A stretch of DNA of 21,396 bases from a virus (taxonomy: Duplodnaviria > Heunggongvirae > Uroviricota > Caudoviricetes). The position numbers were made by a program, and so were the translations under genes. The DNA lies in the IMG/VR virus record IMGVR_UViG_2531839486_000009. One strand, 5' to 3'. Numbering within the stretch: the stretch's first letter is position 1; every line of letters starts with the position of its first letter. Below the pieces are notes generated by a model, which saw only the letters and a program-made list of their open reading frames with translations, was not told the DNA's origin and searched no databases. Shown piece after piece: positions 1 through 6,196 of the stretch.

Positions 1-308
1 GAAAAGGACGAGTAGTTCAGGCGGAAACGCTGGAAGCAGCGGGCCATGTGCTATTGCTAACATCATTACCGGAAGATGAATATTCAGCAGAGCAAGTGGC
101 TGATTGTTACCGTCTGCGATGGCAAATTGAACTGGCTTTTAAGCGGCTCAAAAGTTTGCTGCACCTGGATGCTTTGCGTGCAAAGGAACCTGAACTCGCG
201 AAAGCGTGGATATTTGCTAATCTACTCGCCGCATTTTTAATTGACGACATAATCCAGCCATCGCTGGATTTCCCCCCCAGAAGTGCCGGATCCGAAAAGA
301 AGAACTAA
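1..308 (+). CDS. IS4-family-like DDE transposase, C-terminal fragment (5' end outside window)
   Basis: Reading frame is open from the window edge to TAA 306-308. Translation ...ETLEAAGHVLLLTSLPEDEYSAEQVADCYRLRWQIELAFKRLKS... carries Y-x2-R-x3-E-x6-K (YREK), the signature of IS4/IS5-type DDE transposase C-termini. Family from motif only; exact IS not identified. Confidence 0.55.
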   Translation, partial: KGRVVQAETLEAAGHVLLLTSLPEDEYSAEQVADCYRLRWQIELAFKRLKSLLHLDALRAKEPELAKAWIFANLLAAFLIDDIIQPSLDFPPRSAGSEKKN

Positions 309-534
309 CTCGTTGTGGAGAATAACAAAAATGGTCATCTGGAGCTTACAGGTGGCCATTCGTGGGACAGTATCCCTGACAGCCTACAAAACGCAATTGA
401 AGAACGCTAGGCATCGTCTTAACGAGGCACCGAGGCGTCGCATTCTTCAGATGGTTCAACCCTTAAGTTAGCGCTTATGGGGAGAATCCCTCGCCACCTC
501 TGATGTGTCAGGCATCCTCAACGCACCCGCACTT

Positions 535-561
535 AACCCGCTTCGGCGGGTTTTGTTTTTT
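535..561 (+). terminator. Rho-independent terminator (nin-region)
   Basis: Seen directly: aacccgc-ttcg-gcgggtt hairpin followed by ttttgtttttt. Confidence 0.6.
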
Positions 562-633
562 CCTAGCATTCTGGTTTACAATTCGCACGCCAGCCTGAAC
601 AACTGGCACCTGCTGCGCCAGCAGAGACAACCG

Positions 634-912
634 ATGGCGCACGATACCAAATTACACAATTCTGATGATTCTGCCGTCTTTGCCAGCAGGCACGGGCGGC
701 GTTCCCGCACTTTCAAATCTGACTGGTTCCAGCATCCCCCATGCACTGAAGAACAGGCCGAGTGGCTAATTCAGTGCTACCGCAGACACGGATACGAGAT
801 TAAGAAAGCCCTCAGCCTCGATTATCGTCACTGGATAATCTCCGTCAGGCTTCCTTACTCCGAGCGCCCACCGCGTCCGTCCCGCACATTCCAGCAACGC
901 ATCTGGAGGTAA
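634..912 (+). CDS. hypothetical protein (92 aa)
   Basis: ATG 634 is the first start downstream of the 535-561 terminator in the frame of tool ORF 505..912. Stop TAA 910-912 abuts GGAGG plus GTG 914 of the next ORF. No motif recognised. Confidence 0.35.
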   Translation: MAHDTKLHNSDDSAVFASRHGRRSRTFKSDWFQHPPCTEEQAEWLIQCYRRHGYEIKKALSLDYRHWIISVRLPYSERPPRPSRTFQQRIWR

Positions 913-913
913 C

Positions 914-1348
914 GTGCGGGTATTACTTCGACCTGTTCTGGTACCGGAACTCGGGCTGGTGATCGTTAAGCCGGGCCGTGAATCCATGCCGGTATTCCAC
1001 AATACCCGGGTACTGGTGGAGCCGGAACCGAAAAGCATGCGTAATCTGTCGTCCGGGGTCGTTCCTGCCGTTCGCCAGCCGCTGGCGGAGGATAAATCAT
1101 TACTGCCATTTTTCAGTAACGCACGGGTGATTCGTGCTGCTGGTGGTGCTGGTGCATTGTCTGACTGGCTGTTGCGCCATATTAAATCCTGCCAGTGGCC
1201 ACACGGCGATTATCATCACAGGAAACCGTCATTCACCGTTATGGTACCGGCGCAATGGTGTTGTGCTGGCACTGCGACAACCAGCTGCGGACCAGACTCC
1301 GAATCACTCGGCAACTTGCTCACAAAACCTGTCAGCATGGATGATTGA
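914..1348 (+). CDS. hypothetical protein; possibly N-terminal part of a split DUF968/YdfU-like gene
   Basis: GTG 914 preceded by GGAGG at 905-909 with 4-nt spacing. Overlaps the following reading frame by more than 200 nt. Confidence 0.45.
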   Translation: MRVLLRPVLVPELGLVIVKPGRESMPVFHNTRVLVEPEPKSMRNLSSGVVPAVRQPLAEDKSLLPFFSNARVIRAAGGAGALSDWLLRHIKSCQWPHGDYHHRKPSFTVMVPAQWCCAGTATTSCGPDSESLGNLLTKPVSMDD

Positions 1349-1958
1349 CGTCATCGGTCACGCAATAAGCGGTACGCAGGAGCGTGAATTATCTTTGGCT
1401 GAATTATCCTGGTGGGCGGTCCGCAATCAGGTGGCGGACGCGCTACCGGAAGCGGTATTACGTCGTTCGCTGGGGTTGCGTGCAGAAAAAATCCGCTCAA
1501 TGTACCGTGAAAGCGACATCGTACCGGGAGAGCAGACCGCCACCAGCATACTGAAACAGCGCACAAAAAATCTTGCGCCGCTGCCTCACGCCCACCAGCA
1601 ACAGAACCCACCACAGGAAAAGACGGTGGTCAGCATTGCCGTTGATCCTGAGTCTCCGGAATCTTTCATGAAACGACCTAAACGTCGCCGCTGGGTTAAC
1701 GAGAAATACACACGCTGGGTGAAGACACAGCCGTGTGCGTGTTGTAGTAAGCCAGCCGACGATCCCCATCACCTGATTGGTCATGGTCAGGGCGGAATGG
1801 GAACAAAATCCCACGATATTTTCACGCTACCGCTGTGTCGGGAGCATCACAACGAGCTTCATGCGGATCCGCTGGCGTTCGAAGAAAAGCATGGTTCTCA
1901 GGTTGATTTAATTTTTCGTTTTCTTGATCACGCCTTTGCAACTGGCGTGCTTGGGTAA
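1341..1958 (+). CDS. DUF968 (YdfU-like) prophage protein, Cys/His-rich C-terminal region
   Basis: Translation ...KRPKRRRWVNEKYTRWVKTQPCACCSKPADDPHHLIGHGQGGMGTKSHDIFTLPLCREHHNELHADP... fits my recollection of the DUF968/YdfU family found next to Q in lambdoid prophages. Start placed at ATG 1341, which overlaps the stop of the previous ORF; the tool ORF opens at 1134 in the same frame. Confidence 0.55.
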   Translation: MIDVIGHAISGTQERELSLAELSWWAVRNQVADALPEAVLRRSLGLRAEKIRSMYRESDIVPGEQTATSILKQRTKNLAPLPHAHQQQNPPQEKTVVSIAVDPESPESFMKRPKRRRWVNEKYTRWVKTQPCACCSKPADDPHHLIGHGQGGMGTKSHDIFTLPLCREHHNELHADPLAFEEKHGSQVDLIFRFLDHAFATGVLG

Positions 1959-1970
1959 AAGAGGTGACTG

Positions 1971-2345
1971 ATGCTCATAGATTTGGTTTTACCTTACCCG
2001 CCGACGGTGAACACCTACTGGCGACGCCGTGGCAGCACATATTTTGTCTCAAAAGCCGGTGAGCGTTATCGCCGGGCTGTGGCGCTTATTGTTCGCCAGC
2101 AGCGGCTGAAATTAAGCCTGTCCGGAAGGCTGGCGATAAAGGTGATTGCAGAGCCACCGGATAAGCGTCGTCGCGACCTGGACAATATCCTGAAAGCACC
2201 GCTGGATGCGCTGACGCATGCGGGAGTGTTAATGGACGATGAGCAGTTTGATGAAATCAATATCGTTCGTGGTCAGCCAGTATCTGGTGGACGTATGGGG
2301 GTGAAGATTTACCCCATAATGCATGAAGAGCAGGTCAAAAAATGA
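1971..2345 (+). CDS. rusA: Holliday junction resolvase RusA
   Basis: 124 aa; AAGAGG RBS before ATG 1971. Translation contains ...PPDKRRRDLDNILKAPLDALTHAGVLMDDEQ..., matching the conserved RusA core (PDRRRRDLDN...DALT.AG...DD) as I recall it from E. coli RusA. Confidence 0.9.
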   Translation: MLIDLVLPYPPTVNTYWRRRGSTYFVSKAGERYRRAVALIVRQQRLKLSLSGRLAIKVIAEPPDKRRRDLDNILKAPLDALTHAGVLMDDEQFDEINIVRGQPVSGGRMGVKIYPIMHEEQVKK

Positions 2346-3163
2346 AACTGGAAGATTTACCGAAATACTACTCCCCAAAATCCCCTTGCCTGACCGATGC
2401 ATCGGCCTCAACGTCAAAAGATGCGCTGAGTATCACTGATGTGATGGCCGCGCAGGGCATGACACAGAATCGGGCTGAGATGGGGTTTTCTGCGTTCCTG
2501 GGGAAAATGGGCATCAGTATGAATGACAGGGCGCGGGCAACAGAATTACTGGCAGATTATGCACTCAGTCGGTGCGATCGTGTGGCGGCGTTGAGAAAAC
2601 TTCCGGCAGAAATAAAACCGTTAGTGATGCGCATTATGGCTTCGTACGCTTTTGAGGATTATGCCCGCAGCGCAGCGAGTAAAAAGCAGTGCCCTTGTTG
2701 CTATGGGGAAAAATTTATTGAAAGCGTAGTTTTTACAAACAAGGTCCAGTATCCGGATGGTAAGCCGCCGGTATGGGCAAAGTGTACGAAAGGTGTGTAT
2801 CCGTCTTACTGGGAAGAATGGAAAAAAGTCAGGGAGGTGGTAAAAGTTGCCTGTCCGGAGTGTGGCGGAAAGGGTGAGGTTTCCACCGCCTGTAAGGATT
2901 GCCGTGGGCGTGGTGTCGCCATTCATCGTGAAGAGTCGGTAAAACGTGGTATGCCTGTTATCAGAGACTGCCAGCGTTGTGGTGGTCGTGGCTATGAAAG
3001 ACTACCATCAACGGAGGCATTTAATGCTATATGCGAGGTGACAAACCAGATAACACGCGCGTCATGGGAAAAAACAGTTAAGAAATTCTATGATGCGCTG
3101 GTGACCCGGTTTGATATTGAAGAAGCATGGGCTGAGCGGCAGTTAAAAAAGGTAACTAGGTAA
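2342..3163 (+). CDS. late-gene antiterminator Q-like protein with zinc-finger motifs
   Basis: 273 aa; start overlaps rusA stop (ATGA). Sits immediately upstream of a pR'-like promoter and tR'-like terminator, the invariant position of Q. Contains CPCC plus three CxxCxGxG motifs. N-terminus MKLEDLPKYYSPKSP... resembles Q/QuuQ-type proteins as I recall them. Confidence 0.65.
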   Translation: MKLEDLPKYYSPKSPCLTDASASTSKDALSITDVMAAQGMTQNRAEMGFSAFLGKMGISMNDRARATELLADYALSRCDRVAALRKLPAEIKPLVMRIMASYAFEDYARSAASKKQCPCCYGEKFIESVVFTNKVQYPDGKPPVWAKCTKGVYPSYWEEWKKVREVVKVACPECGGKGEVSTACKDCRGRGVAIHREESVKRGMPVIRDCQRCGGRGYERLPSTEAFNAICEVTNQITRASWEKTVKKFYDALVTRFDIEEAWAERQLKKVTR

Positions 3164-3168
3164 CAAGG

Positions 3169-3196
3169 TTGATTTTTCCGGAATCTGTGGTAAATT
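3169..3196 (+). promoter_or_regulatory. pR'-like late promoter (sigma-70; -35 TTGATT, 16-nt spacer, extended -10 TGgTAAATT)
   Basis: Seen directly 6 nt after the Q stop. The -10 hexamer TAAATT is the same as lambda pR' as I recall it. Confidence 0.55.
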
Positions 3197-3245
3197 CGTC
3201 ATAACGATGGGCGTTTTATGCCTGGCGTTAGAAGAGTTTCTACAA

Positions 3246-3268
3246 CCCGCCGCTGAGCGGGTTTTTTA
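3246..3268 (+). terminator. tR'-like intrinsic terminator
   Basis: cccgc-cgctga-gcggg hairpin followed by tttttt, about 50 nt downstream of the predicted late promoter. Confidence 0.55.
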
Positions 3269-3306
3269 TTGCGAAATTAATTACGGACCGTTATTATTCT
3301 GCTCCC

Positions 3307-3382
3307 GGCCCTTTAGCTCAGTGGTGAGAGCGAGCGACTCATAATCGCCAGGTCGCTGGTTCAAATCCAGCAAGGGCCACCA
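3307..3382 (+). tRNA. tRNA with CAT anticodon (tRNA-Ile2-like or tRNA-Met)
   Basis: Cloverleaf read by eye: acceptor GGCCCTT/AAGGGCC, D-arm GCTC..GAGC, anticodon loop CTCATAA, T-arm GGTCGCTGGTTCAAATCCAGC, CCA encoded. Resembles E. coli ileX-type tRNA from memory. Confidence 0.85.
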
Positions 3383-3483
3383 TCACAAACCGCCATTAGC
3401 TTATCAGGAAGAGCAGACGACACGATAACAGGGTTGTTGGTGCGGGGGGCGGGTCCCCGATGGCGGTCCATTATCGGTATTCA

Positions 3484-3560
3484 GCGTTGTTAGCTCAGCC
3501 GGACAGAGCAATTGCCTTCTAAGCAATCGGTCACTGGTTCGAATCCAGTACAGCGCGCCA
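3484..3560 (+). tRNA. tRNA-Arg (anticodon TCT)
   Basis: Acceptor GCGTTGT/ACAGCGC (one G-U pair), D-arm AGCTCAGCCGGACAGAGC, anticodon stem-loop ATTGC-CTTCTAA-GCAAT, T-loop GGTTCGAATCC, CCA encoded. Confidence 0.85.
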
Positions 3561-3697
3561 TATTCATTCTTCCAGATTCCTTCCGGCAGAGCCTTATACT
3601 GAAATATACCTGGCTCAGGATATTGTTGAAAATATTATATGTTTGTCAAAAATAAAAGTTCTGTTAAGTATTGATTGAATATTTGTTATACGGTCTA

Positions 3698-4024
3698 ATG
3701 GTTTTTTCAGCATTAAATATTTATCATTCATATGGTGTGGGTAGAGTGAATATTGATGAGGCGTCGGGGTGTTTCATCCTTAGGCAGCGTATTGATATAG
3801 TCAATGCAGCACGAGCAAAGGCCTTCAGCCGTTTGACAGTTTTGTTCTGTACTCCTGATCGTCTTTCGGGAAGAGACGTTATTATTCTGAATAGTGATGC
3901 TATACAGAGGGTTTGCGATGAGTTCATGGTTGCTAATTCAGAATTATTTGCTCTTGTTCAGGAGTACAACAGAATAGCCAGGACCTGTGGTATGGATGAA
4001 CTTCGGATTACTCATCTGGGGTAG
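3698..4024 (+). CDS. hypothetical protein in AT-rich moron island
   Basis: Tool ORF 3671..4024. No convincing SD before any candidate start (TTG 3671, ATG 3698, GTG 3746). No motif recognised. Confidence 0.3.
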   Translation: MVFSALNIYHSYGVGRVNIDEASGCFILRQRIDIVNAARAKAFSRLTVLFCTPDRLSGRDVIILNSDAIQRVCDEFMVANSELFALVQEYNRIARTCGMDELRITHLG

Positions 4025-4416
4025 ATACATATCTGGATTATCACCTGTTACGGTAAAAAGTGATTGCTTACTGTTTTTGTGAATGGCATTGCAGCAGCCG
4101 GATAATGTCAGTGCTGGCTGACGGTGTGCTGGTGGCGGGTGTGGTGGTTGTTGCTTTCCCGTTGCTGAAAAAGAAAACGCCAGACTGTTAGCCGGGTATC
4201 AGTTAGCGGGAGAAATTTTTAAATACTTCACAATTCAGGCGGTTGACTGTTGTCTGGTTTGCGGGGAGTTTGTTAAAAGAAACTGGCATGGTGAATCCCC
4301 CTGTGCGGTGGGGCAATCAGCGAGTAGGTATATGGGATAATCGCGGATTCAGGTGCTGGTACTGAATTCACCGGGAGGCACCCGACACCATGCAATGGCA
4401 CATAGCGCCACTCTCC

Positions 4417-4440
4417 AGCCCCTCTCCGGAGGGGCTGTTT
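4417..4440 (+). terminator. GC-rich hairpin with downstream T-rich tract (terminator-like)
   Basis: agcccctc-tccg-gaggggct is a perfect 8-bp stem; followed by gtttatattgatttt. Lies about 35 nt beyond the 3' end of the minus-strand gene 4472..4807. Confidence 0.45.
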
Positions 4441-4471
4441 ATATTGATTTTGTCAGATGTGAGTAAACTCC

Positions 4472-4807
4472 TTATGGACTTTGTTGTTTTAGTCCATAAG
4501 GACATATTTGCAGAGTGCAACGGTTATTAAAGCATTCATTCAATACGTTATCTGTATTTGTAGGGCATTCCTGGCTGTTTTTGATTAAATTCCAGAATGT
4601 TTTATTGAATGGTACTACGTTGTAAATGGTTACAGGTAGCACTTTGTTATTGAGCATGATGCCTGTGTGAGTCAGTGTAAATATACTTTCAGGAGGTAAG
4701 AAAGCATCCGATTGATACCAGATTATTAATTTTATTTTACTCCATATGACTGAAAAAGATATTCCGCATGATGGCTGGATAACTGTATCAATCACAATCC
4801 ACTTCAT
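4472..4807 (-). CDS. hypothetical protein (111 aa), orphan antisense moron gene with Cys-rich C-terminus
   Basis: Minus-strand ORF with a near-ideal RBS (AAGGA, 6-nt spacing, from + strand ctttcctt at 4811-4818) and a plausible AT-rich promoter containing TATACT upstream. C-terminal C-x10-C-x4-C-x4-C cluster. Confidence 0.6.
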   Translation of the reverse strand: MKWIVIDTVIQPSCGISFSVIWSKIKLIIWYQSDAFLPPESIFTLTHTGIMLNNKVLPVTIYNVVPFNKTFWNLIKNSQECPTNTDNVLNECFNNRCTLQICPYGLKQQSP

Positions 4808-5066
4808 TTACTTTCCTTGTTTATGCCTTGCTGGTGATGTTCTGAAAAGTATAAATGATATTTTTGAATTAAACCATAGAGCAGAATTATTTTTCTGATG
4901 TTGTTTATTGTTTATTTAAATACAGGGTGGTTTATATCTCGTCTTGTAGTTTATCCATGCATATCTGCTTGATAATCAGGTTTTTATTTAAGGTATGGTT
5001 TTGTGTTTTTTCTGTATTACATGTCAGGTATTTTAAAGAATTATTTTTCAGATGGTGGAAAGAACC

Positions 5067-5255
5067 ATGGCATTTAAACACTATGATGTTGTCAGGGCGG
5101 CGCCGCCGTCAGATCTTGCGGAAAAGCTGACACATAAACTGAAAGAGGGCTGGCAGCCGTTTGGTAGTCCGGTGGCCATAACCCCTTATACCCTGATGCA
5201 GGCGATTGCAGCAGAAGGTGATGTGGTGGTCAGCGGTGCAACTGAGCCGGAGTGA
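5067..5255 (+). CDS. small conserved phage protein (possibly DUF1737-like), 62 aa
   Basis: ATG 5067 preceded by GGAAAGA; translation [62 protein letters not shown]. Family name is recollection only. Confidence 0.45.
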   Translation: MAFKHYDVVRAAPPSDLAEKLTHKLKEGWQPFGSPVAITPYTLMQAIAAEGDVVVSGATEPE

Positions 5256-5413
5256 TACTACGTCATCGTACTGGCCCGGCATTCCAGGCCATAAAAGACA
5301 GTCTGGCAGTGGGACTAAATGCACTGACGCTGACGGATATTACCAAAAATGCAACGTATGGCGTTGAGATAGAAAGTCTGGTGCTGGAGATAAATGCACC
5401 GGCATCATCATAA
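5252..5413 (+). CDS. possible small ORF (53 codons, GTG start overlapping previous stop)
   Basis: Open frame [53 protein letters not shown]. No ATG and poor SD spacing; could be the remnant 3' end of a deleted larger gene. Confidence 0.2.
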   Translation: MILRHRTGPAFQAIKDSLAVGLNALTLTDITKNATYGVEIESLVLEINAPASS

Positions 5414-5498
5414 AAAGTGAGCCAGTCAAATGGAAGGTATCGTTAAACTCACCGGTAGTGTCAGTGGGTCGTCTGAGACGCTTGCATGAGTTATCAGA

Positions 5499-5530
5499 GC
5501 CATCAGTAGTTAACTGGTGGCTTTTTTATT
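5499..5530 (+). terminator. intrinsic terminator upstream of lysis cassette
   Basis: 8-bp stem gccatcag / ctggtggc (one G-U pair), 7-nt loop, then ttttttatt; ends about 30 nt before the holin start. Confidence 0.5.
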
Positions 5531-5562
5531 GTTGTCAGCTTCCGGATAACGGGAGACGGGGT

Positions 5563-5778
5563 ATGGACCAGATGGAAAAAATCACAACAGGTGTGTCATA
5601 CACCACGTCAGCGGTGGGAACGGGCTACTGGTTCCTGCAGTTGCTGGACAGGGTTTCCCCGTCTCAGTGGGCGGCAATAGGCGTGCTGGGGAGTCTGCTG
5701 TTTGGGCTGCTGACATATCTGACTAACCTGTATTTCAAAATCAGAGAGGACCGTCGTAAGGCTGCACGGGGAGAGTAA
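5563..5778 (+). CDS. class II pinholin, phage 21 S-like (71 aa, dual start)
   Basis: GGGAGACGGGG RBS before ATG 5563. Translation [71 protein letters not shown] closely matches my recollection of S21; two TM segments; Met1/Met4 dual-start arrangement. Confidence 0.9.
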   Translation: MDQMEKITTGVSYTTSAVGTGYWFLQLLDRVSPSQWAAIGVLGSLLFGLLTYLTNLYFKIREDRRKAARGE

Positions 5779-5782
5779 TTCA

Positions 5783-6133
5783 ATGACTCAAAACTATGAA
5801 CTGATTGTGAAAGGGATCCGCAATTTTGAGAATAAAGTTACGGTAACTTTAGCGTTACGGGACAAAAAACGCTTTGACGGTGAAATTTTTGACCTGGACA
5901 TCTCGCTGGACCGTGTTGAAGGTGCCGCGCTGGAGTTTTATGAGGCAGCAGCCAGAATGAGCATCAGACAGGTCTTCCTGGATGTTGCTGCCGGGTTATG
6001 TGAAGGGGATGAGCAGTCGCCGGAAAAGCGCCCCGTAATTTTAGAGGCGCAGAATGTATGGATAACCTACAAAGGAAAGCTACCGGGAAGAATTACTGGT
6101 TCTCTGAAGACTCCTCCGGAATCACAACCTTAA
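5783..6133 (+). CDS. hypothetical protein (116 aa) between holin and endolysin
   Basis: ATG 5783 preceded by GGGGAGAG (7-nt spacing), 4 nt after the holin stop. Predicted soluble, no TM or signal peptide seen; no motif recognised. Confidence 0.6.
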   Translation: MTQNYELIVKGIRNFENKVTVTLALRDKKRFDGEIFDLDISLDRVEGAALEFYEAAARMSIRQVFLDVAAGLCEGDEQSPEKRPVILEAQNVWITYKGKLPGRITGSLKTPPESQP

Positions 6134-6196
6134 GTCACTGACCGGAACAGATAAACCTGTCCGTGGGCAGAAACCGATAAATCCTGATAAATATCC

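Noticed and set aside
283-471. 62-codon + strand ORF overlapping the transposase stop
   Set aside because: No convincing RBS, overlaps the end of the transposase frame, low-complexity basic product; probably chance frame in the IS end or intergenic DNA.
505-633. N-terminal 43 codons of tool ORF 505..912
   Set aside because: This stretch contains the hairpin/T-tract terminator at 535-561; start moved to ATG 634.
3383-3483. Possible third tRNA between the CAT and TCT tRNAs
   Set aside because: Could not fold an acceptor stem, T-arm or CCA end by eye; at most a decayed remnant. Needs tRNAscan-SE.
3561-5562. Shiga toxin stxA/stxB at the canonical slot
   Set aside because: No ORF on either strand has the size or sequence character of Stx A (~315 aa) or Stx B (~89 aa); the ORFs present are unrelated.
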